A model generated the notes under the pieces. The model ran no database searches. It worked only from the letters and a program-made list of their open reading frames with translations, and was not told the DNA's origin. A stretch of 64,000 nt of DNA, taken from contig OZ024752.1 of the NCBI GenBank assembly GCA_964016885.1, forward strand, positions 33,108,001-33,172,000, written 5' to 3'. Made by a program: the position numbers and the translations under genes. The stretch's first letter is position 1. Every line of letters starts with the position of its first letter. The DNA comes from Eledone cirrhosa (lineage: Eukaryota). This document shows positions 52,133 to 64,000 of the stretch, in pieces.

Positions 52133-54556
52133 ATATGAAAAAGTTTCCAAAGTCTTACCCACTACAACTTCAATAGATATTGCTGTATTTCTATAGGGAG
52201 AGGTTCCTCAATTGGCCCCAGCTAATAAATGCATGCATAGTTATTATTTAATTAATTGTGTAGAGCATCAGACAACATGCTCTGTGGCTTAGAGTTACGT
52301 CTCTTTACATTCTAAGTTCAAATCCTGCTGAGGTTACTTTGCCTTTAATCCTTATGGGGTCAATAAAATAAAGTACAAGTGGTGCACTGGGGGTCGATTT
52401 GATTGACAAAATGTTTGGCCCTGTGCCTAAATCAGAAACCATTGGCAGTATCGGTAGAGGGTCGGACGCCATGCTTTCCAGCATAGTTACGTCCCTTTAC
52501 GATCTGAGTTCAAATCCCGCCGAGGTTGACTTGCACAGCACCATGAATAAGTGTCTTCTAATAAAGTCTTGGGTTCACCAATACTTCATGGGTGGAATTT
52601 GATAGACAGAACCTTTGCAAAAGAGAGAAAGAAGGAGCCAATCTTTAAATTGGATCATTGTAACTATGTTACTATTGGTCTTTCTCAGAACTTCTGGCAG
52701 AAAGTTCTCTGCTTCTCTAGTGAGAAATGGCAGAATTTGAACTTAGAATATACAGAACTGAGACAGATACTGTAAAACATCCTCTTTGACACTTTAACAA
52801 TTCCATTAATCCACTACCCCTGAACTGGTACATTATTTTATGAACAACGAAAGAATGGAAAGCAAAGTTGACCTCAGAGAAGACGTCTATCATGTATGTG
52901 ATTCTGTTTATATTTACACCACTCTATAAACCATTGTTGTGACTGTTTATGTCCTGTGACCTTGTGTTTGAAAGACAAAATAATATAGTACATGGCAGAC
53001 TTTAATATATACTACAGTAAATATGATTGACTAAACCACTGAAAATTCTGCTCCAGTTTAGTTGCAGTCCAATTAACTGTGTGTTTATTTATACACAAGT
53101 TTATAAACTGTCAAATATTAATTTACCAAAATTTACCAATACTTGATTTCAGATTAAACCTTTAGCCAATAATATTCAAAGATTAAATGTTTTTGTGCTT
53201 GTCATTCTTGTTGTTATATACACCAGGTCTAAATATCATTCATGGTGTTTCCCTCATGTAACTTAATGTGTTCATTCTGATGGAGGAATTCATTCATTTC
53301 TCACATCATTGAGTGCTTAGAGACTCCCTCTAATAATTTAACTGGTGTTGCTCTATTGTAGCTTCACCTGTGATGTGATACTTTATATAATTATATATAT
53401 ATATATATATATCATCATCATCACCATTTAACATCCATTTTTCCACGTTAGCATGGGTTAGATGAATTGTCCTGTTGTGAGAACTGCCAGGTGAGGTGAC
53501 CATACAGAACTGATTTGGGCTTGGTTTCTACTGCTGGATGCCCTTCCTAATGCTTATCATCATCATCATCATCATTTTACGTCCGCTTTTCCCTGCTTGC
53601 AAGGGTGGGACGGGAATTGATTCTGGCTTGATTTCTACAGCTGGATGCCCTTCCTAACACCAACCTCATTTACAGTGAGTGCTGAGTGCTTTTTTGCCAT
53701 GGCACCTCCACGACCACTTTGCAGTGGAATGATAGGGAACCCTGTCCTATCATCTCATTTCTACAGCTGAGTATATATATATATATCCATACACAGAGTA
53801 GAGGGAAGTCTTTAGTCTTGTAGTGAACAAGACAATCTCTGTAGTGTTGACACCATGATAAAATGAACCTGTAAAGTTGTTGACAATTCAACCGAGACAA
53901 TACAGGGTAAATAGGACTCTTTAGTTATGTTGAGAATTTGAAAAATTCTCTAGAGTTGGTGTCATAATGAAATGAACCTAATATATTCTATAAAATGGTT
54001 TATGCTAGGAAAAACATCCAGTTCTAGGAACCCTGAATAAGAATTAACTCAAACCATAGCAACAGCCCCAAATCATGCTAGCATGGAAAGTGAATGTAAA
54101 AACACCAACCACTTAACAGTGTGTACTGAGTGCTTTTATTGTGTAGACAACCAGCGCTAGGGAGGCTGTCATGTCCTTGACACAACTAAAACGTCCTTCC
54201 AACCCTTTGTTTGGCAAGCTTTCTACAGTTGGAAGCCATTCCTATCACCAACGACTTTATAATATGTACTGGCTGTTTTTATTGTGTAGATCACAAAAAT
54301 TTGTGAGGTTGTCGCGAATATAATTATTTGAATTAGTAAATAAAAACATTGTTAAATATAGAAATGAGGTTAACAATAGAAGTATACAAGCTGGTTTAAT
54401 GTTAGTTAATAAACCTGTTCTCGGTGAAATATAGTGGATACTAAAGAATTAGTACTTAGTAAAGCTCCCAGGCATTGTCACACATAATAAAAAATGGTGC
54501 AAAGAAAAGCAATCAAACAAACAAAATAAAATCACTTCAACACATTGGAAACTTGC

Positions 54557-54586
54557 CTTGTTTTTCTTTTCATATGTTTGACTTGT
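54557..54586 (-). CDS. FYCO1: FYCO1-like 30-nt micro-exon (TSQTYEKKNK) with GC donor
   Basis: Strong acceptor TTTGTTTCTTTTAG, donor AAG|GCAAGT, phase 0-0, open frame. Confidence 0.6.
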
Positions 54587-55421
54587 CTAAAAGAAACAAA
54601 ACAGTACAAAACAGTACTAAACAAAAGAGATAAATCTATTGAACAATTTATTTGAGATAAACTTCAGTAGGAATTACTGACCCACAAATATAATTTCAGT
54701 TGCCAATTGGATTGTAAAACTGTAATTAATTAAATTTAAAGGTTTACATTAGGTAAAGCACCAAGTGGAGTTAATTAACTGAAAATTTTCTCCACTATTG
54801 ATATCTGGCTGTATTATGACATTCGTAGATGTGTAAATAGACAACAATGGTTTTGATCTTATCGAATTTTGATCTTATCGAATTTTGATATTATCGAATT
54901 TTGATAAGATCTTATTGAGTTTTGATCTTATCGAATTTTGAATTATAAATGTTCTGCTACTATAATTATTCACTCCCGAAGAATGAAGGGTAAAAGAGGC
55001 ATTGAGCCAATGAAAATAGTATAACCTCATATATCATCATCATCAATGTTTTACGTCCATTCTTCCACGCTAGCATGGGTTAGACGGGTTGTCCTGTTGT
55101 GGGCAATGCCAGGTCAGGTGACCATGCCTTGCTCATACGGAAACTGATTCTGGCTTGATTTCTACAGCTGGATGCCCTTCCTAACACCAAACTCATTTAC
55201 AGTAAGTGATGGGTGCTTTTTTCCGTGGTGCCTACACGTCCACTTTACAGTGGAATGATAGGAACCCCAGTCCCTATCATCTCATTTCTACAGCCCAGTA
55301 AACTGGAGCAATGTGAAATAAGGTGTCTTGCTCAAGGAAACAACACATCACCTGGTCCGAGAATTGAACTCACAGCCTTTCGATTGCAAGCCCAATGCTC
55401 TAACCACTGAGCCATGTGCTT

Positions 55422-55601
<180 letters not shown>

Positions 55602-55640
55602 ATAAATAAGAGAGATGGTTTTATTCGTACATCCATATTT

Positions 55641-55703
55641 TATTCGTTATATGTATTTCGAAGTTATATCATAACAGCCTTACATGTTCTCTTCAGACAA
55701 ACA
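55641..55703 (-). ncRNA. Type I hammerhead motif, family 6
   Basis: TGTTTGT-CTGAAGA-GAA..TTC-GAAA-TACATA-TA-ACGAATA, within an inverted repeat beside a long (TA)n. Confidence 0.62.
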
Positions 55704-56568
55704 GACAAATGAGATGTAAAGTTCCATTGATATGTTACCAGGCAGTTATTCGAAATACATATAACAAATTTAATAGGGATGTATGAATAAAATGAATAAA
55801 ACCATCTCTCTTATTTATTGTAATAAAATTCTGGATGAATAAAAAACCTGGAGTGCTTCTCATCTGTTAAAGAATAAGTTGGCAGATTTTTAATCAATCA
55901 ACTTTCTTCAATTGAATAAATACTCACACACATGATGGCTGCCCCCTCATTATCGAGTATGGCCATTGCATGTTATGCTATTATTGATAATTATTAATTA
56001 ATTCCATCGTGCAATGCCTGTGCGTGAAGATATTTTTTAAAGTGAGGAAAGACTGTGCACTGAGCCAATCCCACTCTCTGAGCAACAGTAGCTATAACCC
56101 GAAAGAGAAGAAAAGATCAACATCATCGGTAACTACTGAGCCGCAGGTTTTATATCGGAGTTATCCCAGTTTCCTGAGTTGCCTTCTCCTAGAAGAATGC
56201 TCTGACAAAGGCTAGGGGTCCTTCACTCCCACACAGATACATACATATATAACCCATGCAAGCGTGGAAGATGGACGTTAAACGATGATGATGATGATGA
56301 TGATATGGTGTGTACATATTGAAATGTGCAGCCACTGTGAAAAATGGGTTACAAATGCACTTATCCAATCACACTGCATTGTAGAAAGCTAGGTCCAGGT
56401 AACTTTGTGCAGTTGCACACATTACAAATAGCCGATGGTAAGAACTCTGAGTACAGATTTATGTGATTATATGTTCAAATCTTGTCTCATTTTGAGTATT
56501 GAGAGTACCAGGGTAGCAGTGAATATTTTCCCTCTAGAGCCCTGCTTTAACTATAAACAAAACACATA

Positions 56569-56661
56569 TACATGATGTCCCCCAAAAATGTATACATATT
56601 TTGATTACCTGTACAGGCAATATTTATTAGGATGGTGTATACTTTTTTGGGGAGACCCTAT
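56569..56661. mobile_element. Small Tc1/mariner-like MITE remnant
   Basis: Imperfect inverted ends TCCCCCAAAAATGTATACA / TGTATACTTTTTTGGGGAGA in a TA context. Confidence 0.4.
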
Positions 56662-56803
56662 ATATATATTAATATATATAATAATGTGCTCATATGCAGA
56701 CATACTATAAAATAGCGCATCATTCTTTATATTAACTTTATCTTCCTAGCGCTTTGTAAAAGCCTGAGTGATCAGCTATGTAGACTATATATATGTGTGT
56801 GTA

Positions 56804-56875
<72 letters not shown>

Positions 56876-57132
56876 GCTTACTAAGAATAGTATTGAATTT
56901 CAGTAGGTTATGTGTCATATCTCAAATAAATATATCCAATCACAAAACATGCATAAAATAAAATTTAAAAAGAATACATTTAACATGTTTAACTCATTTT
57001 GAATTTAAAAAAGTATAAAACCAAAGTAAAAACCAAAAATATAACATAAGGTCTAACTAAACCTTGTTTTATCTTCAACTGTTTACAATCATCTTGAAAT
57101 ATCTACGTCCTATTGTTGTAATGTTGAACAAC

Positions 57133-57172
<40 letters not shown>

Positions 57173-57607
57173 CATACATATAATATAGAATATGCATACA
57201 TATATATATATATATATATATATACATACATATACATACATATACATATATATATATATACATATATATATACATATATACATATGCATACATCATTTCG
57301 TTTCATTTTCATTTCGTTTTAAGTCCGCTTTTCCCTGCTTGCAAGGGTGGGACGGGAACTGATTCTGGCTTGATTTCTACAGCTGGATGCCCTTCCTAAC
57401 ACCAACCTCATTTACAGTGAGTGGTGGGTGCTTTTTTGCCATGGCACCTCCACGACCACTTTGCAGTGGAATGATATGGACCCCAGTCCCTATCATCTCA
57501 TTTCTACAGCTGAGTAAACTGGAGCAATGTGAAATAAAGTGTCTTGCTCAAGGTAACAACACATCACCCGGTCTGAGACAATGCTCTAACCACTAAGCCA
57601 TGTGCCT

Positions 57608-57652
<45 letters not shown>

Positions 57653-58519
57653 ATGCATAAATACATATATACACACACACATATATATATATAAACATAA
57701 ATAAATACATACATACACACAAATAAATACATGCATACATACATAAATAAATACATACACATAGATACATAAATACATTACATAAATACATAAAACTAAA
57801 AAAAAGAAATTACTCTTATTAATCTTTTTAAAATACCTAAAGTAGAAGGCACATTGCTTAGTAGTTAGAGAATTGGATTAACAATAGTGAGGGTGTGAGT
57901 TCAATTCCTGGACCAGACGATGCATTATGTCCTTGAGGAAGACACTTTATTTCATGTTGGGTGAACTGGGTGCTTTTTGTTGTATCACCAACACAACCAC
58001 TAACATGTTTTAATGTCCCTCAAACCATGTGAAACCACCCATGGTTCTACATTACAAAGCTATTCATCTAAAAACCCTCCATCACAATGTTATAAGAACC
58101 TCTGTTAAGTTATGCCCCAAACACCAACTAAATAAGGAGAAAGTTAGATATGTATGTTAATAAATCTTTCCAAATTTTTGATTATTTTCAAAATTATTTG
58201 AAAATCTTAAACAGTGCCTTTCATTAGAAATATGGTAATGAAAAGGTTAGAGAAAATAATTAAAATTCAAAAGCTCTTTTGGGGAAAAGGGAGGGAGGGG
58301 ACTTAACTCAATTTTAAACTAAGATTAATAATTGTCTTTCTTTTATATTTATTTTTAACAGAAAAGAGACAACACAATAAAACTAAACAAAACAATAATT
58401 TTACTAAGTAAAAATAATTTTTTTTTAAATCAGGAAAAAATCTTTCTTTTTTTTTTGTTCTATTTTCTTCTTCCACTTTTAGTGCAGTAAAGTGTACATT
58501 TTTAAGTATTTACGCTTAC

Positions 58520-58591
58520 CATTTCATATTTTTCTTGGAGTTGGGTATATTCCTCTTCTGTAGTTTTCATCTCTGCCTGTGTTTTCTCCAG
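58520..58591 (-). CDS. FYCO1: FYCO1-like exon, coiled coil (LEKTQAEMKTTEEEYTQLQEKYEM); most 5' exon found in this window
   Basis: AG acceptor and GTAAG donor, 72 nt, phase 0-0, open frame with coiled-coil composition, joins in frame to downstream exons. Confidence 0.72.
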
Positions 58592-59323
58592 CTAGATTTT
58601 AATTTGTAACTTTTGTTAGTCATTAATAATCAAAAAGCAATCTCACAAAAGCAATTCTAATTTACAGATAAAATATATACTATTAATTTGTTTCCATCTG
58701 CAGTTTAAATCTAAAGAATTTAATTTAAAACGATCATTGGCATAATTCTCTGAACATCTTTAACCTGTTGACTGCTGCATATATTTTACACAGCTACAGT
58801 TGCTGTGCCAGGGTTTTTTTCTTTTTTTCTCAGTAAAATGACTATTTTTTTAAACAAACATTTATTAACAACACATATCTGAATGATTGACAAATGTCAC
58901 ATCAATAAACTAGTAACCCCATCTAGCTTTGAAGATATTAATTGTTGGAAACGAGTTCATAACTTTGAAGTTATGAATTGTTGGAAACGAATTCATATCT
59001 TTGAAGTTATGAACTGTTGGAAAAGAGTTCAAACATGTTAGGATGAGTTATTTCGTCTGTGTCACTGGAATGCATACATGTAAGGATAAGTTATCTCATC
59101 TACGGTACTGAAGAGGTTATGGGCAGATCAACAAGAAACTGAATAATTTGTGTCAGATAGAAACTGATGGATTATTGAAATTCCTTTCAAATAAATAATT
59201 TTCTTGTAGTCTCTTCAATCATTATCCTCAAACAAAAACAACATAAAGTGAATGCTCTAAGTGTAGTGGCACCTGTTATTCAGAGGGGTTATATCTGACC
59301 AATACAAATACCACTGCATAACA

Positions 59324-59805
59324 TCATCATCATCATCATCATTCGTCGACTACTGTCGAGATGATGGATCTCACTCTCATGCCCCAGAATTCCCTGTCCC
59401 CCATCGCCGCCCCCAGGTCCTGTCTACTGATTACAAGTATCTTGGCTCATATATCTCCTCCTCCAAAAAAGATTTTCTAACCAGGAAGGGTATGGCATGG
59501 TCAGCGTGCAATGACATGCACGCCATATGGACATCTCAACTTACCAACAAGCTAAAACTGGAAATATTCCAAGCAACCATTAAGCCCATATTACTTTATG
59601 GATCCGAAACTTGGACACTAACATCACAACTTGAGAGGACATCCCACCTTGTCTAAAATCTATGGCAAACTCCCTCGAGCCTCTGCCCTTCTAAAATCCC
59701 GGAGAGCTCAATTTGCTGGCCACTGTCACCGTGCCAGCTATGAAATCATATCCGCTCTCTTGCTCTGGAACCCTGACTCCAGCCTGACTAGGAGTAGGAA
59801 GCTGT
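59324..59805 (-). mobile_element. RTE-type LINE fragment (same family as 300-750) with a 5' inversion
   Basis: (ATG)n tail and 3' end on minus (59324-59425); upstream body on plus (YKYLGS..YGSETW..FAGHCHR); flanking repeat CACTGCATAACA. Confidence 0.85.
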
Positions 59806-60571
59806 CACTGCATAACACTGTTACAACATTAACATAAGAACACTTTCTATCCCACCAAACATACATACAAATATCACTGCATAACACTGTTACAACATTA
59901 ACATAAGAACACTTTCTATCCCACCAAACATACATACAAATACCACTGCATAACACTGTTACAACATTAACATAAGAACACTTTCTATCCCACCAAACAT
60001 ACATACAAATATCACTGCATAACACTGTTACAACATTAACATAAGAACACTTTCTATCCCACCAAACATACATACAAATATCACTGCATAACACTGTTAC
60101 AACATTAACATAAGAACACTTTCTATCCCACCAAACATACATACAAATACCACTGCATAACACTGTTACAACATTAACATAAGAACACTTTCTATCCCAC
60201 CAAACATACATACAAATATCACTGCATAACACTGTTACAACATTAACATAAGAACACTTTCTATCCCACCAAACATACATACAAATACCACTGCATAACA
60301 CTGTTACAACATTAACATAAGAACACTTTCTATCCCACCAAACATACATACAAATATCACTGCATAACACTGTTACAACATTAACATAAGAACACTTTCT
60401 ATCCCACCAAACATACATACAAATACCACTGCATAACACTGTTACAACATTAACATAAGAACACTTTCTATCCCACCAAACATACATACAAATACCACTG
60501 CATAACACTGTTACAACATTAACATAAGAACACTTTCTATCCCACCAAACATACATACAAATATCACTGCA
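59806..60571. repeat. 69-bp minisatellite, 11 near-identical copies
   Basis: Unit CACTGCATAACACTGTTACAACATTAACATAAGAACACTTTCTATCCCACCAAACATACATACAAATAY. Confidence 0.97.
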
Positions 60572-61798
60572 GAATACTACTACAATAATATTTATGAAAT
60601 ATTATCCATCCAGACAAATATAAAAATCACATAACCACATAATCAACAGCAGTATCAGTAACCTCACAACCCATAAACACTGTCCTGAGATGAAAACCTC
60701 CATTGATAAGTGTAGAAGACAAAGGAAGAAAAACTGTCACACTCTAACTGAATCTATCTAGCTTACCTATGTTGTCATCATCATCATCATTACCGCTTTA
60801 CGTTCATTCTTCCACGCTAGCATGGGTTAGACGGGTTGTCCTGTTGTGGGCAATGCCAGGTCAAGTGACCATGTCTTGCTCATACGGAACTGATTTGGGC
60901 TTGATTTCTACAGCTAGATGCCCTTCCTAACACCAACCTCATTTACAGTAAGTACTGGGTGATTTTTTACTGTGGCGCCTACATGACCACTTTACAGTGT
61001 GGACTGGGTGCTTTTTTACTGTGGCGCCTACATGACCACTTTACTGTGTGGACTGGGTGATTTTCTGTCATGACACCTACACAACCACTTTACAGTGGAA
61101 GTCTATATGCTTGGCTTTACAGTGGAAGTCTATATGCTTGGCTACTAGAATCTACCAATATACAGATGAACCTACTTAGAAACCTGTGGTGGATCAACTG
61201 TAAATTATACCCTACCATCTTTAAAAATGAAGAGCACACTGGGTAATGTTGTCCTTGATACACTATGTCTGATATAAAGATAGATAGGTCACAGCCAGAA
61301 TTGTTGGGATAATGGATTTGCTTGATCCTTGATCAATGATGATCTGCAGCTCAAAAAACAACAGTAACAGATATACAGAAACAGGCTGAACAGATCAATA
61401 AAATATACATCTGAACTACCATGCAACTTTCCATAGTGATAAGAAACTCTCAGGAGGGCTGGACAAGAGAAGAAACTCCTCTAAAGCAAGTGAGTCTCCT
61501 TTAAAAAAGGAGTCAAAACATTTGCTTGATGCAATAGATATAAAGAGACAAATTGAACAGATAAAAAAAATACATGTCTGAACTACCACACAATTTTCCA
61601 TATAATAAACTCCTGCATATGAGAATGTGTAATGTAATCCTCAAATAAAAACTGGCATGGAACTGTAACATAGTACTAGAACCATTGATCAAATCAAGTC
61701 ATTTTTATTACTATATATGGACCTGTTATTTTTATCTAAAGGCATTTTTTCCAATTTCACCCCGCCCGTCCCTTCTATCTATCTTATTTCTCATTGTT

Positions 61799-61834
61799 TC
61801 TTCTGATGAAGGACTAGTGTCCGAAACGTTAAGA
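61799..61834 (+). ncRNA. Minimal type I hammerhead motif, family 7
   Basis: TCTT-CTGATGA-AGGAC-TAGT-GTCC-GAAA-CG-TT-AAGA; palindromic AACGTT in place of stem III. Confidence 0.68.
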
Positions 61835-62096
61835 CCCTCTTCCTGTTATATCAAGCATTAACATAATATATTCCTTCCATATACTGTACCGATTGTGTTG
61901 TTATTTCAGTTTACCTTTTACATACATATGTATACATTATATATATATATATATATATTACTATCTGTCTATCAAATATATCTATCTATCTGTCTATCAA
62001 AATATATATGTGTGTATGTATATATGTGTGTGTATATATATATATATATATATGTATATAAACAGTGTGTATATATATATATATATATATGTATAT

Positions 62097-64000
62097 AAAC
62101 AGGAGGTATTCAAGATTGCGAGGCAGTGTGTCAGAGATAGTTGTGATGTCATTGGAGAGAAGTGTATCCGGAATGATAAAGGTGAGCTTGCCCTCACAAG
62201 TGCTGAGAAGAAAGATGCATGGAAGAGTCATTATGATAGATTACTAAATGAGGAGAATGCATGGGAAGAAGAGACCCTACCCCACGTAGACCCTATAGAG
62301 GGACCAGCAGTACAAGTCAGCGGCAGCGTAGTAAGTAAGGCAATCAGAGATATGAAGATAGGGAAGGCAACCGGTCCATCGGGTATAGCTGCCGAGATGC
62401 TGAAGGCATCTGGGTCTGTAGGTCACACTATAACCACACGTATCGTTAACCAGGTAATACTAGAGGGGGCCATACCAAAAGATTGGTGCAGTAGCATCAT
62501 TGTCAACTGCTACAAAGGTAAAGGCGATGCACTAGATAGAGGAAACTATAGAGGTATAAAGTTGATGGACCAGGTCATGAAAGTAACAGAAAGAGTTATA
62601 GCACAGCTGATTAGGGACCGGGTGAATATAGACGAGATGCAATTTGGGTTTGTACCAGGGAAAGGCACCACTGATGCGCTCTTCCTTGTGAGGCAATTAC
62701 AGGAAAAGTACCTAGCTAAAAGTAAGCCACTCTACTTGGCATTTGTCGACCTTGAGAAAGCCTTTGACAGAGTTCCACGTGCAGTAATCTGGTGGGCTCT
62801 TAGAAAACTAGGAGTAGATGAATGGCTTGTGAAAGCGGTACAAGCCATGTATAGGGGAGCAGTCAGCAAAGTTAGGATTGGCAATGAGTATAGCGAGGAA
62901 TTTAGCGTACAGGTTGGGGTCCACCAGGGCTCTGTTCTTAGCCCTCTCCTGTTCATCATAGTCCTGCAGGCAATAACGGAGGAGTTTAAGACCGGATGCC
63001 CATGGGAACTCCTGTATGCTGATGACCTCGCACTCATAGCTGAATCTATGGTAGAACTAGAGAATAAATTCCAAACCTGGAAGCAGGGACTAGAGAGAAA
63101 GGGCCTCAAAGTCAACATGACAAAGACTAAGGTCCTTATAAGTAGACGAGAAAACAGAACCCAGATCCCCTCAGGGAAATGGCCTTGCTCAGTATGTAGG
63201 AAAGGTGTAGGTAGGAACTCCATTCTTTGCCCCAAATGCAAACAATGGGTACACAAGAGATGTAGCGGGATCTCAGGAAGCTTAATTAAGAATGTAGGAT
63301 TCACATGCAGCAGCTGTGCTGAAACAGCAAGCAAACAGCCACAGGAAACAAGTACCACCAATCTCTGGGAGGGCCCTGTAGAAACAGTAGACAGCTTCTG
63401 CTACCTAGGTGACCGAATTAGCAACGGAGGTGGGTGCTCAGAAAGTACAATAACTAGGGTAAGAACGGGATGGAAGAAGTTTAGGGAACTACTACCACTG
63501 CTAGCTGCAAAAGGCTTCTCCCTCAGAATGAAAGGCAGACTGTATGATGCGTGTATCCGAACAGCGATGTTGCATGGTAGTGAGACCTGGGCGCTGAAGG
63601 TGGAAGACTTACGTAGATTAGAGAGAAACGAAGCCTGCATGCTCCGATGGATGTGTAACAGTAATATACGTGAACGACAAAGCATAAATGAATTGAGAGA
63701 GAGACTGAGCATAAGAGGAATCAAATGCTGCGTGCAGGAGAGGCGGTTACGCTGGTATGGACATGTGATGCGTATGAAGGATGACAGCTGCATAAAAAGG
63801 TGCAGAGCACTAGAAGTTGATGGAAACCGCGGAGTGGGGAGACCCAAGATGACTTGGGATGAGGTGATAAAAGCCGACCTTACCCAACTACACCTCTCAA
63901 AGTCAATGACACACGACCGTGACTTCTGGCGTCACGCAGTAATACAGGGTACCCGACCTCCCATGGGTACATGCTGAAGCATATAAACAATATGCCCCCC
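62097..64000 (+). mobile_element. 5'-truncated young RTE LINE of the same family, RT frame open to 63977, runs off the window
   Basis: Highly similar to 36657 onward; homology begins directly after a (TA)n tract. Confidence 0.95.

Noticed and set aside
52159-52190. Possible exon with a good GTAAGA donor
   Set aside because: Stop codon in the required frame and length not divisible by three
57063-57102. Possible extra FYCO1 exon (IFQDDCKQLKIKQ)
   Set aside because: 40 nt, breaks phase with the flanking phase-0 exons, poor polypyrimidine tract
59738-60556. 272-aa Cys/Trp-rich repetitive ORF
   Set aside because: Translation of the 69-bp minisatellite, without splice or domain support
61893-62096. 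N-terminal part of the 694-aa ORF
   Set aside because: Read-through of (TA)n/(TG)n sequence; RTE homology starts only at about 62097

Overview
AT-rich, microsatellite- and repeat-dense animal genomic DNA. The SINE/RTE repertoire suggests a cephalopod such as an octopus, which is an inference. The only well-supported host gene is the 3' part of a FYCO1-like gene on the minus strand: 11 phase-consistent exons from 58591 down to a TGA at 26198, encoding 440 aa (coiled coil, FYVE finger, acidic linker with an extended LIR motif, GOLD domain). It includes a 30-nt exon with a GC donor. Its introns and flanks hold a full-length Gypsy LTR element (identical 171-bp LTRs, ACATC target duplication, YIDN RT motif, self-complementary primer site instead of a tRNA PBS), two young RTE LINEs with a PHD-like finger, an RTE fragment with a twin-priming-type inversion, two abundant tRNA-derived SINE families, Helitron-like elements, MITEs and many minisatellites. 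The most striking unannotated signal is at least seven unrelated families of type I hammerhead ribozyme motifs, most within short inverted-repeat elements next to (TA)n tracts and probably Penelope-like retroelement derivatives. All calls were made by eye; no database searches were run.
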